Part shown: positions 39,069 to 52,430 of the stretch, in pieces
Numbering within the stretch: the first letter of the stretch is position 1
Layout: every line of letters starts with the position of its first letter
Assembly: GCA_964016885.1 (NCBI GenBank)
Contig: OZ024749.1
Span: 27,962,001 to 28,026,000 of the forward strand
Origin: Eledone cirrhosa
Lineage: Eukaryota
Reading direction: 5' to 3'
DNA: 64,000 nucleotides
Notes under the pieces: model-generated
The model's input: the letters and a program-made list of their open reading frames with translations, nothing else
Told to the model about the DNA's origin: nothing
The model's database searches: none
Made by a program: the position numbers and the translations under genes

Positions 39069-39812
39069 TGACCTGGGCATTGTGTGCAGAGGATATACGC
39101 AGACTGGAGAGGAACGAAGCTTGCATGCTCCGCTGGATGTGTAATAGTAATATACGTGAACGGCAAAGCATAAACGAACTAAGGGAAAAATTAGAAATAA
39201 GAGGGATCAGATGTTTACTCGAGAGAAGGCTACGTCGGTATGGTTACGTGATGCGCATGAAAGACGACAGCTGTATAAAAAAGTGCAGGGCAATAAAAAT
39301 AGACGGTAGCCACGGAGTAGGCAGACCCAGAAAAACCTGGGACGACTTGATAAATTCCGACCTCACACACTTACACCTCTCCAAGACAATGTCACTGGAC
39401 CGAGAGCTACACAGTAATAGAGAAGACCCGCCTTACCTAAGTACAAAGTGAAACCTACTACAGTCAGTAGGCACCTCTAACAAAATACACCCCCCCGTCC
39501 ACTACCCCCACCCCTTTCAATGTAAAGTTATGTTGGTACCACAACATCCAGCCCGAAACAAATGAGGTTGTGTAGGTGTCACGACAAAAAAACACACAGT
39601 CCACGCTGTAATGTGGCCGTGTAGGCAACACGGTAAAAACCTCCCAGTTCCACACTGTAAATGTGGTTGGTGTTAGGAAGGGCATCCAGCCGTAGAAAAC
39701 CCGCCAGACAGTCCTATGCGAGCAAGACAACCACTCTTGCCTCAAGTGGGAAAACTCCCGTCCAAACCCATGCAAGCGTGGAATATGGACGTTAAACGAT
39801 GATGATGATGAT
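39069..39812 (+). mobile_element. 5'-truncated RTE-clade LINE (ORF end + 3' UTR + (GAT)n tail)
   Basis: TWAL..EDIRRLERNEACMLRWMC..LRRYGYVMRM..GRPRKTWDD is typical of the RTE C-terminus. The 3' UTR ends GGACGTTAAACGATGATGATG. Confidence 0.85.
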
Positions 39813-40292
39813 ATATGCAAAAGGCAAACAAAACAAATGACATAGTACAATGAAGAATTATATTATTTGTTTTATGCTTGCTATAGTAAGAAAAGAGTCT
39901 TAATGTTTCAGACACTAGTGCTTTATCAGAAAATAGGATGAGAAATTTAAAAAAAAATAGAAACATTGAGGAGACAGGCAGGGCAGAACTGGAAAAATAT
40001 TTTTTAGAGTCTTCTACCATATATATAATGTGTGTGTAAGATACTTAACATATCTATACCAAAACATAGCCACTGTACTTGCTATTAATTAACGTGTGTG
40101 CACTTTGAACAACGGGATGCAGTCTCACTACTGCAATCATAGATTCATTGAGCGGGTGGTCATGGCTGGAGATCATTGAATTAATATCAATGATTTTCGT
40201 AAACCTTGACTATCTATATATATATATATATATATGCATATATGTGTTTGAACGATTAAAACAGAAGTTAGGCATAGGTAGAAAGTTTTATA

Positions 40293-40332
<40 letters not shown>

Positions 40333-40707
40333 AATTAAATTACTCTCAAATTTTCCTACTCCACTACCAAGAATATACAAAAGAATATAAGTGCTTACAA
40401 CACATATAAGTAAAAAAACCATAAATATACCACCAACACATCAAACCAACCATAATAATACTCAAGTAAACCAAAACAAACCACCTTCTTCACCTATAAT
40501 AGTAAACTCCACACCAATTTTGACTAATAATCTCCAAAACAAACAGAACTCTACTAGCTCCACATCCCCTAAATTATCACCCACCAACAACCTGTCTAAC
40601 CATACTAATCTAATTACAACCCGTTCTAAACCATACATTAATGAAAATAGTAACACTAATACCACTATAGATAACACAATTAACTCTCCTGATACAATAT
40701 TTACGAT

Positions 40708-41117
40708 TGGCTGTAACTGTAGAATTAAAAGAAATTGCCCATTAAAGGGAAATTGTCTTATTAATAACAGTCTATAAATGTGTAATTACTACTAAGGACT
40801 CCACTCAATCCTATGTAGGAGCTACGTCTAACCAATTTAAAGTAAGATTTAATACACACAAACATAGTTTTAAAAATGCCGCATTAGCTAATACAACCTC
40901 CTTGGCTGAAGCAATTAATAATTATAGAAAGAAGGACATTGATTACAACCTGACCTGGAGCGTGCTCAAAAGGGCCACCCCTTATCAAAATAGCAGATAT
41001 GAAGAACTATTTGAGATCATGAAATCTAATGATATCCTATTAAATAAGCGACAGGAGTTAATTATATCATGCAATCATAGAATTAGAAAAACCTTCAAAT
41101 ATTATAAACTTAATTAA
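40708..41117 (+). pseudogene. Frameshifted GIY-YIG endonuclease domain of the PLE
   Basis: GCNCRIKRNCPLKGNCLINN / frameshift at ~40769 / VYKCVITTKDSTQSYVGATSNQFKVRFNTHKHSF...TSLAEAI...YNLTWSVL...LLNKRQELIISCNH. VY..YVG, the catalytic R and the LNKR.EL...C.H tail are typical of PLE endonucleases. The usual CxLC motif appears deleted. Confidence 0.82.
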
Positions 41118-41885
41118 TATATATCTCACTCTTATATTTTACAAATTATTATAATTAATTTAAAAATTTTTTTTTTTAATTTAGTTAACCTATAATTAGA
41201 TATTTACTACAAAGAATTTCATTAATTTTATTTCCCTCTTGCAGCTCACTTTACCTAAAGTTATCTTTAACCTCACTACTTCTTTTTAACTGCATCCCCT
41301 ATCACATTTAATACTTAGGATTATTTAATACCTAGGATTAGTAAATATAATTAATATCTTTAATATTATGGATGTTTAGATAGATACACTACTTTTTATA
41401 AAATGTTATCTATTTCAGTCTTTCTATATAAATTTTTTTACTTCTTTATTTATCACATTCATAAGAATTAATATAATTTTAACTCTGTAAGTATACCTAT
41501 CAATTAATTTAATTTCCTTTTACATATCTAGGCTCCTTGAAATTTCAACAGTAGTAGTTCTCACTAACACTCATCCCACAAAAAATTCTTTTCCCTTAAC
41601 TTTTAACAGCATTCTTTAATAACATCAATTTGGGGGGAGGGGGGGGGGGGGGGGTTGGATCCTTCACTATCTCATTGACTTGACCTCATTTTAACCCCTA
41701 TTTTTCTCTTCCCCACTGTATTCTTTTCATTCAAAGCATAACTTTACACTCCTCCACTCCTAGCATAAAATTCTACTACTGTTATTCCATCAACTTGGCC
41801 TCTAACTCTTTTCTATTGGTCAATTCAAAACCTGTTCCCAAACAGACTTTTTGTATTAATACTTCGTTTCTTACAATAAACATAC

Positions 41886-42030
41886 ATCATCATTTCTGAA
41901 GATGGCATATAGAAGTGAAGGTGTGTATATCTCCTCTGATAATTTGTAATATTTTTTTACATAGATCTTTAATATGATATACATACCAACACACACATAT
42001 ATATCCCAGAAACGATCGTAAAATGATGAT
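41886..42030 (+). ncRNA. Type I hammerhead ribozyme with very long stem II (PLE 3' region)
   Basis: Stem I ATCATCATTT/AAATGATGAT (10 bp), CTGAAGA 41896-41902, ~105-nt stem II region closed by TGG/CCA, then GAAA-CGATCG-TA (palindromic stem III). Confidence 0.78.
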
Positions 42031-42589
42031 TTTTTTCAATATAAGGAACCTGTTCTTTGTTTTTATTAATTTATCTTGACTGTTTTCCCAAGATTTTTAT
42101 CGTTAAATTTTGAATGCATTTTCTCATTTCATGATATCTTCTATATTTTGATTTACATTGAGTTCTTCATACGGATTGGACACTACTATTTCTTTTAGTA
42201 GATTTATCTACATATATATATATATATAGCAGAAGACACTTACCAAAGGTGTTTTATGACAGGACAAAAAAACCCCAAACCAAGTGGTTGTAAAGCAATC
42301 TTCTTAAACAGTAAGTACTTGGTTTAAAATATGTCACCTGTAATTAATTTAGGCGTTCCAGCTATCTATTTCCTGAGTTATCTAGGTGATGTCAAAGTGC
42401 TTAATTTGTATCTACCTACATAGCTAACCTTGTATAAACTATCTGACCCCATTCCATTCAGATAGATTTCATACCTGTTATTGTTATTGTTCACATATTG
42501 TATGTAATGAAATGAATAGAATTACACTCCTATATAGCTAGACAGACATTGTTGGTGGGTTGGTGGTGGTGAAGGATAGACTCAAGGGC

Positions 42590-43080
42590 TTGGTAGTGTA
42601 GTATAGGTGGTAGTGGGGAGAGTATGGTTGTTTAGTGTAGGTGGTAGTGAGGAGAGTATGGTTGTGTAGTGTAGGTTGTAGTGGGGAGAGTATGGTTGTG
42701 TAGTGTAGGTGGTAGTGGGGAGAGTATGGTTGTTTAGTGTAGGTGGTAGTGGGAAGAGTATGGTTGTGTAGTGTGAGTAGAAGTATAGCAATGTAGTGTA
42801 GTGTGAGTGGGGAGGCACAGCTATGTAGGCAGATGTATAGCAATATAGTGTAGGAGGTGGAGGCAGTGTAGTGTAGGTGGGGAGGTAGTGTAGTGTAGGT
42901 GGGGAGGCAGTGTAGTGTAGGTGGGGGAGGCAGTGTAGTGTAGGAAGGGTGTAGTGTAGGTGGGGGAGGCAGTGTAGTGTGGGAAGGGTAGGCAGTGTAG
43001 TGTGGGAGGAGGAGGTAGTGTGGGAGGGGAGGCAGTGTAGTGTAGGAGGGGGAGGCAGTGTAGTGTAGGAGGCACAGCTA
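42590..43080. repeat. Degenerate GTAGT-based tandem repeats
   Basis: GTAGTGGGGAGAGTATGGTTGT and GGAGGCAGTGTAGTGTAGG units. Confidence 0.8.
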
Positions 43081-44074
43081 TACCTCTACCTACTTGTGTG
43101 AGTGTGTGTTTTGTGTAGAATTTGCGCATTTATATTTATACACTCATACATATGCACATACACACAATTGTAATGAATTGTGTGTGTGTGTATGTGTACA
43201 GAAATGTGAGGAAATGAATGAAGAATAGAGGCATATTGTTTTAGAGCAAGGTAGACTAAGACAACAGGAGAGAAGTGATAATATACAACTAAATGAAGGA
43301 ACATCTCATAAATAGCTCCTCTTAATCATTCCGTCCGTGGAATTTCCATGGGTCCTGCTATTTATTAAATAAAAATTCAGATTATAATAAAATGCAGTTG
43401 TTGTTAGGAAGGAAATCCAGTTGTAGAAACCACACCAAAGATAGAACTTATCTAAGCAACAAGATGTGGCTACTTGATCCATCTAGAAAGATGGTAGCAC
43501 CAAATTAAGTATTGCATTGAGTTGGTCTTCAGCAACTGATTCCAACCGATTCCAGCACATAAACACACCCATGATGGTGGTGGTGGTAATGATGGTGATA
43601 GTGGTGGTGAAGATGATGGTGGAGTGGTAATAGTGGTGGTGTAGATGGTGAAGATCATGATAATGGTGATGATGGTGGTGATGGTGGCAATGATGATGAT
43701 GATGGTGGTGATGATGATGATGATGATGATGATGATAGTGGTGGTGATGATGGTGGTGATGATGGTGGTGGTGGTGATGATGATGGTGATGAATAAGGAT
43801 GGGGATGTCGATGATGAAACAGTGGGTGGTAACAAAAAAAATCAAGACATCCATGTGGAAATCTAGTAAAAGAAGCCTGCCCCCCCCCCCCCCCCCCACT
43901 CCCCAGGGGTGGTTGGTTGGTGAGTGAAGGAAGAGGTGGGGAGGATGTACCTTCTGCCCTAATAACCTGGAAGGAGGAAACAGATTAACAGATATACAGA
44001 TGGCTGACAACAGCACATTACTATTATTATTATAGTTATTATTATTGTTGTTGTTATTATCATCATTACTATTA

Positions 44075-44417
44075 GGGTGGTGGTTTGGCAGAATCGGTAG
44101 AGCGTCAGACGCCATGCTTTGCAGCGTAGAGTTATTGCCCTTTACGTTCTGAGTTCAAATACTGCCGAGGTTAACTTTGCCTTTCATCCTTACGGGGTCG
44201 ATAAAATAAAGTACCAGTAATGCACTGGGATCGATTTCATCGACTTTCCCCTCCCCCAAAATTACTGGCCTTGTGCCTACACTAGAAATCATTATTATTA
44301 TTGTTGTTACTATTATTGTTATTTTTATTGTTATCATTATTATTATTATGATTATATATCGTACCAGTAATGCACTGGGTAATTGCTGGCCTTGTGCCTA
44401 AAGTAGAAACAATTATT
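44075..44417 (+). mobile_element. Family D SINE plus a second 3' fragment
   Basis: Full copy 44075-44290 and fragment 44361-44417. Confidence 0.8.
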
Positions 44418-44828
44418 ATGATTATATAAATAATAAAAATATTTACACACACAAAACCCACACGGTACCGTCCTGTGCTGTCTGTAATGTTTTTCTTGAT
44501 GTCAGCCCTTGTGGCCAATAAAGAAATTATTATTATTATTATTATTATAATTGTTGCTATAGTTATGAATGATGGTAATCTTAGGTTCCTGTCTGTAAAA
44601 GTGGTACTCAGAGATAAACAAATGTCATTCAGAAAACTTCCACATTCAGATGTATATACATACACACATATGTATACACCCATGTAAATATATACATACA
44701 TACATACATACACATGTACATGTATATGTATATATATGTACACATATACCTACACACCCATATATATATATATATATACACACACACATTTGTATAATTC
44801 TACATACACAAGTACATGCATATATATT

Positions 44829-44880
<52 letters not shown>

Positions 44881-44881
<1 letters not shown>

Positions 44882-47800
44882 CAGAGCATTTATTCCAATT
44901 TCTAATTTCTGCCGGACCGGCAACCGCTCTTTCAAACCAGTTCCTGTACACAGCTAAGTATTCTATAAGTCTCTAGCTGTGTCATTCTCGATAAAAGCAC
45001 TGGATATGTAGTCCTGATGAATTCTAACAAGAATGAAACGCGTAGATTACTTCCCTTGCTTTTATCGAGAATCTAATTGTAATACGTGACGTATTCTATT
45101 CTATAGCGATTAGGTCTTCAAAATGTTTATTATAAACATACAGAATATTTTCGAATATTCTATGTCTATATTCACATATATATCGCTATTTCAGAGCATT
45201 TATTCCAATTTCTAATTTCTGCCGGACCGGCAACCGCTCTTTCAAACCAGTTCCTGTACACAGCTAAGTATTCTATAAGTCTCTAGCTGTGTCATTCTCG
45301 ATAAAAGCACTGGATATGTAGTCCTGATGAATTCTAACAAGAATGAAACGCGTAGATTACTTCCCTTGCTTTTATCGAGAATCTAATTGTAATACGTGAC
45401 GTATTCTATTCTATAGCGATTAGGTCTTCAAAATGTTTATTATAAACATACAGAATATTTTCGAATATTCTATGTCTATATTCACATATATATCGCTATT
45501 TCAGAGCATTTATTCCAATTTCTAATTTCTGCCGGACCGGCAACCGCTCTTTCAAACCAGTTCCTGTACACAGCTAAGTATTCTATAAGTCTCTAGCTGT
45601 GTCATTCTCGATAAAAGCACTGGATATGTAGTCCTGATGAATTCTAACAAGAATGAAACGCGTAGATTACTTCCCTTGCTTTTATCGAGAATCTAATTGT
45701 AATACGTGACGTATTCTATTCTATAGCGATTAGGTCTTCAAAATGTTTATTATAAACATACAGAATATTTTCGAATATTCTATGTCTATATTCACATATA
45801 TATCGCTATTTCAGAGCATTTATTCCAATTTCTAATTTCTGCCGGACCGGCAACCGCTCTTTCAAACCAGTTCCTGTACACAGCTAAGTATTCTATAAGT
45901 CTCTAGCTGTGTCATTCTCGATAAAAGCACTGGATATGTAGTCCTGATGAATTCTAACAAGAATGAAACGCGTAGATTACTTCCCTTGCTTTTATCGAGA
46001 ATCTAATTGTAATACGTGACGTATTCTATTCTATAGCGATTAGGTCTTCAAAATGTTTATTATAAACATACAGAATATTTTCGAATATTCTATGTCTATA
46101 TTCACATATATATCGCTATTTCAGAGCATTTATTCCAATTTCTAATTTCTGCCGGACCGGCAACCGCTCTTTCAAACCAGTTCCTGTACACAGCTAAGTA
46201 TTCTATAAGTCTCTAGCTGTGTCATTCTCGATAAAAGCACTGGATATGTAGTCCTGATGAATTCTAACAAGAATGAAACGCGTAGATTACTTCCCTTGCT
46301 TTTATCGAGAATCTAATTGTAATACGTGACGTATTCTATTCTATAGCGATTAGGTCTTCAAAATGTTTATTATAAACATACAGAATATTTTCGAATATTC
46401 TATGTCTATATTCACATATATATCGCTATTTCAGAGCATTTATTCCAATTTCTAATTTCTGCCGGACCGGCAACCGCTCTTTCAAACCAGTTCCTGTACA
46501 CAGCTAAGTATTCTATAAGTCTCTAGCTGTGTCATTCTCGATAAAAGCACTGGATATGTAGTCCTGATGAATTCTAACAAGAATGAAACGCGTAGATTAC
46601 TTCCCTTGCTTTTATCGAGAATCTAATTGTAATACGTGACGTATTCTATTCTATAGCGATTAGGTCTTCAAAATGTTTATTATAAACATACAGAATATTT
46701 TCGAATATTCTATGTCTATATTCACATATATATCGCTATTTCAGAGCATTTATTCCAATTTCTAATTTCTGCCGGACCGGCAACCGCTCTTTCAAACCAG
46801 TTCCTGTACACAGCTAAGTATTCTATAAGTCTCTAGCTGTGTCATTCTCGATAAAAGCACTGGATATGTAGTCCTGATGAATTCTAACAAGAATGAAACG
46901 CGTAGATTACTTCCCTTGCTTTTATCGAGAATCTAATTGTAATACGTGACGTATTCTATTCTATAGCGATTAGGTCTTCAAAATGTTTATTATAAACATA
47001 CAGAATATTTTCGAATATTCTATGTCTATATTCACATATATATCGCTATTTCAGAGCATTTATTCCAATTTCTAATTTCTGCCGGACCGGCAACCGCTCT
47101 TTCAAACCAGTTCCTGTACACAGCTAAGTATTCTATAAGTCTCTAGCTGTGTCATTCTCGATAAAAGCACTGGATATGTAGTCCTGATGAATTCTAACAA
47201 GAATGAAACGCGTAGATTACTTCCCTTGCTTTTATCGAGAATCTAATTGTAATACGTGACGTATTCTATTCTATAGCGATTAGGTCTTCAAAATGTTTAT
47301 TATAAACATACAGAATATTTTCGAATATTCTATGTCTATATTCACATATATATCGCTATTTCAGAGCATTTATTCCAATTTCTAATTTCTGCCGGACCGG
47401 CAACCGCTCTTTCAAACCAGTTCCTGTACACAGCTAAGTATTCTATAAGTCTCTAGCTGTGTCATTCTCGATAAAAGCACTGGATATGTAGTCCTGATGA
47501 ATTCTAACAAGAATGAAACGCGTAGATTACTTCCCTTGCTTTTATCGAGAATCTAATTGTAATACGTGACGTATTCTATTCTATAGCGATTAGGTCTTCA
47601 AAATGTTTATTATAAACATACAGAATATTTTCGAATATTCTATGTCTATATTCACATATATATCGCTATTTCAGAGCATTTATTCCAATTTCTAATTTCT
47701 GCCGGACCGGCAACCGCTCTTTCAAACCAGTTCCTGTACACAGCTAAGTATTCTATAAGTCTCTAGCTGTGTCATTCTCGATAAAAGCACTGGATATGTA

Positions 47801-48311
47801 GTCCTGATGAATTCTAACAAGAATGAAACGCGTAGATTACTTCCCTTGCTTTTATCGAGAATCTAATTGTAATACGTGACGTATTCTATTCTATAGCGAT
47901 TAGGTCTTCAAAATGTTTATTATAAACATACAGAATATTTTCGAATATTCTATGTCTATATTCACATATATATCGCTATTTCAGAGCATTTATTCCAATT
48001 TCTAATTTCTGCCGGACCGGCAACCGCTCTTTCAAACCAGTTCCTGTACACAGCTAAGTATTCTATAAGTCTCTAGCTGTGTCATTCTCGATAAAAGCAC
48101 TGGATATGTAGTCCTGATGAATTCTAACAAGAATGAAACGCGTAGATTACTTCCCTTGCTTTTATCGAGAATCTAATTGTAATACGTGACGTATTCTATT
48201 CTATAGCGATTAGGTCTTCAAAATGTTTATTATAAACATACAGAATATTTTCGAATATTCTATGTCTATATTCACATATATATCGCTATTTCAGAGCATT
48301 TATTCCAATTT
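44881..48311 (+). mobile_element. Tandem array of 11 x 310-bp hammerhead-containing units (non-LTR retrozyme-like)
   Basis: Unit start TCAGAGCATT recurs at 44881, 45191, 45501 ... 47981, plus a 21-nt partial at 48291. Copies look identical. Each carries GTAGTC-CTGATGA-ATTCT/AACA/AGAAT-GAAA-CGCG-TA-GATTAC. Flanked on both sides by (TA)n/(CA)n. Confidence 0.9.
44984..45072 (+). ncRNA. Type I hammerhead ribozyme (first of 11 copies, period 310)
   Basis: Core CUGAUGA 45014-45020 and GAAA 45035-45038. Stem II ATTCT/AGAAT. Minimal palindromic stem III ACGCGT. GUA triplet ending at 45044. Stem I GTAGTC/GATTAC, extended past an internal loop by 16 bp ATTCTCGATAAAAGCA/TGCTTTTATCGAGAAT. Confidence 0.9.
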
Positions 48312-48437
48312 ATATATATATATATACATACACACACATATATATACACACACACATATATATATACACACATATATATATACACACACATATATACATA
48401 CACACACATATACATACATACACACACATATACATAC

Positions 48438-48468
<31 letters not shown>

Positions 48469-48537
48469 TATATACATACACACACACACACATACATACA
48501 TACACACACACGCATATATACATACACATACATACAT

Positions 48538-48584
<47 letters not shown>

Positions 48585-51500
48585 CATATTATATACATAT
48601 TGTGTTCTTGATATATTACTACTACTGCTACTACTACATTGTTCAGATGAATGTTTCATGCACTTTGTTACTGTTTAAAGTACAGTTTCTAGTTACTGTT
48701 TAAAGTTACAAAGTAGTTTCTGTTTAGAGTTATCCCTCCATAGTTCAGGCTTAGAGTTTCCCTATATTGTGGCCCAGTGGTTAGGCTGTGGCCCTCATTC
48801 TCAATATTACAATAGACCAGGAGCTGGTAAGAGCTGAGTGGCAGCAGACAAGTGGGCCACTGGAGTGTTCTCTGAGGTCCACTGAAGTGAAACTGTGGGC
48901 CTCAGACCTTTTCAAATTCTTATATGTAAGATATAATATATATGTAGGCCATTGAGATATTCTCTGTAGGCCTTAGAATTTTCAAACTCTAATGGGCCCA
49001 CAGATGGAGTCTTAGGGGTGCCATTCTGACAGACACTATATCTTTGGCATTTAAAACTTGGTAGAGCCCAATCCCCTCTCCAGGTCTCAATACAGCTGAT
49101 TTCTTCCAGAGAAGGGGAGAGATAGGAAGTATTTGCCCCAGTACTCGACTGGTATTTTATTTATTTACCTTGAAAAGATGAAAGGCAAAGTTGACCTTGG
49201 TGGAATTTGAACTCAGTGCAAAAAGCCAGAACTAATACTGTAAAACATTCTATCCAATGTTCTGATGACTGCCAATTTGCTGACTTCGTTATATAGAAAA
49301 CATATATAATATAATAGACAAATGGGCCATTGAGGTGTTCTGTGTGAGCTTCAAACTCTGGGCCTCAGACCTTTTCAAATGTATATATCCTCATCATCAT
49401 AATTTTACGTTAAGTTTAAGATATAATTTATTATTGGGCCACCTAGGTGTTATCCATGGACAACAGACCTTTTCAAATTTTTATATGTAAGATATAATAT
49501 ACATGTGGGCCCCTGTGGGGCTTGAACCTTTTCAAATGTATACATGTAAGATATACTAAAATACAGGTGGGCTATTGTGGTGTTCTCTGTGGGGGTTGGA
49601 CCTTTTTAAAGGTATACATGTAAGATATGAACTAACCTACATTATCTTATGTGTCTACCTTTGTGACTACCCTTTCATGACTGCATTTCTAATGAAATAC
49701 ACTATTTTTTTTAATTAACTAATGAGGAATGTTGAGAGATTGACTAAAATTATTAATTATTTCATTACTAAGATAGTAACTTAATATAAAATTATGTTGG
49801 AAGATTTTAATTTAAATTGGAAACCTTTAAAATAGGTGATTTTATTTCATAGAACCAGAGCCAGTTTTGGTCGGGTTGGTAACTAAGAGTTAAAGTGGTA
49901 GGTTGTGATTTGAGTGAGACTTGGCTGCTATTACTACCAGATTAAGCAACCACATGGTGGTTCCATTGTTGACTGGTTAATATGTTAGTTTATCATCATC
50001 ATCATCGTCCTCATCACCATTTAATGTCCATTTTCCACGCTGGCATGAGTTAGATGTTACTGCGTTATGAGACAAGCCAGGTCAAGTGACCACGTAAAAT
50101 AGCTATCATAAAAATATCTATCATTACAGTGAAGAATATAATTCTCTTTAAATAGGAATTTAGTTTTGCCAACAGTCAGAATTCTGAACAGAGCAATGTT
50201 TAAGAATGAATAAAGCCAATATAATCTGCAAGAATCCTTCCATTTAACAGAAAGATGGCTACAATGTGAGATTATAACTGAAGAATTTGTTAAGAAGAGA
50301 TAAGAAAAAGAACAGATGTAAGGTGATACTGGATGGTAGCTAGACTGAATATAATAACAATGGGAGGTTACATGTAGAGTGAAATTGGTTGTAGGTAGGA
50401 GGACATGCAATGGTGTACAGTGATAAGGTGAGGGGATAGATATATAGAGATGGGAGGACATGCATTGGTGTACAATGGTGACGGGAGAGTGAAATTGGTG
50501 GTAGGAGGATATGCAATATGTTGGGTTAGATATACTGTGTGTGTGTGTGTGTGTGTACAGTGAAATTAGTGGTATGTAGGACATGCAATGTGTTGGGTTA
50601 GATATGCAATGGTATACAGTGGTGGGTGGATATATATAGAGGGGTGGGGGGACATGCAATGGTATAGAGTGATGAGGGGGATATATACTGTGTGTGTATA
50701 GTAAAAATGGTGCTAGGAGGGACATGTAATATATAATACAGAGATGCATGTACAGTGAAAATGGTGCAAGATTGTACAGGTAGTGTGTAGTAGAGAGCTG
50801 CATGTACACTAAGAATTGTGCTAGATGGGACACACAGAGGAGTAGAGAAGTGTGGAGCTAAATATACAGTGGTGAGAGGTTAGATTTACTGTCAGAGTGT
50901 ATAGTGCTAGATGGGACACACACTGAGGTAGAGAGGTGTGGGTTACATATACAGAGGTGAGAGGTTAGATATACTGTCAGAGTGTATACAATAACAATGG
51001 TTCTAGGTAGGACACACTGAAAGTAATACAGCTGGAGGTGAGCCATTATCTATGATATACATGCAGTAATAATGGTGACAGGAGAAACAACACACTTTTC
51101 TTAATATATCAAGGGTTAAAACTAATATATATCATTGTACTATATTGTTCTCCTCTGTTGATTTTCCTTGTTGACTTTTTACAAACACACACACACACAC
51201 ATGATGGGCTTCCACAGTCTCTGCTTACCAAATTCTACTTAGAAGGTATTCCTCTACATCAGCCGATCTTGTTGATTTTACACAGACACACACAAGATGG
51301 GCTTCCACAGAGTCTCTGTTTACCAAATTCCACTCACAATATATTGGTCTACTTGAAGCAATCTTGATTTTTCACACACACGTTAGATTGGTAAACAGAG
51401 ACTCTGTTTACCAAATACCACTCACAAGATATTAGTCTACTTGAGGGAGTGACAGGAGACCCTTCAAGGCACTGTGTAATGAGATAGAACCCCAAACCAC

Positions 51501-51699
51501 AGGGGTTGTAAAGAGAACATCTTCACCACACAGCCAATGATCTGTGTGTGTTTCTATAAATATCTAAATAGCTTTAGCAGTGATTTCCAGCTATGGTCTA
51601 CTTCACTTATCTTTTTTCATCACTTTCATCTCATCTAAAAAAATGTCCATATTTCCATGAACTGAATATTTCATCTAAAGTTAAATTTAATAACTTGAA

Positions 51700-52430
51700 C
51701 AACTACAAAAACAACACCAATAGCAACATCAACAACACTACCACCAACAACAACTACAACAACAAAAACACCAATAGTATCATCAACACTAACAACACCA
51801 TCATCAGTAACAGCAACAACAATAACACCACCAACATCAATAACAGCAATAACACCATCAACACCACCACCAACAGTAATAACAATAACAACAGCAACAC
51901 CACCACCAACAATACCACCACCAACAACAGCACCACCACCAACACCATCACCAACAACACCACCAAAAACATCTACACCATCAACACCACCACCATCACT
52001 AACATCATCACCACCACCACCATCATCACTAACATCATCACCACCACAACAACCAACACCAATACTACTAACATCACCACCACCAACTACAACACCATCA
52101 CCAACATCATCAACACCACCACCACCAAAAACACCTACAACAGCAACACCACCACCAACAATACCACCACCAACAACAGCACCATCACCAACAACAGCAT
52201 CACCACCAACACCGTCACCAACAACACCACCAAAAACATCTACACCATCAACACCACCACCACCATCATCACTAACATCATCACCACCACCACCATCATC
52301 ACTAACATCATCACCACCACAACAACCAACACCAATACTACTAACATCACCACCACCAACATTATCAACACCACCACCACCAAAAACACCTACAACATCA
52401 ACACCACCACCATCACCACTACTACTTCAC
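51700..52430. repeat. AAC/ACC/ATC low-complexity repeat
   Basis: Direct reading; accounts for the N/T-rich ORF. Confidence 0.9.

Larger units (their letters stand above)
40333..42210 (+). mobile_element. 5'-truncated Penelope-like retroelement (probably Naiad-type) in (TA)n
   Basis: RT-thumb-like TLKFSYSTTKNIQKNISAYN (~40342), an N/T-rich linker, CNCRIKRNCPLKGNCL, a GIY-YIG domain, then a 3' region with a hammerhead at 41886-42030. (TA)n on both sides. Confidence 0.8.

Noticed and set aside
44881-48311. CRISPR array or simple satellite interpretation
   Set aside because: Units are fully identical with no variable spacers, there are no cas genes and the context is eukaryotic. The embedded hammerhead argues against a plain satellite.
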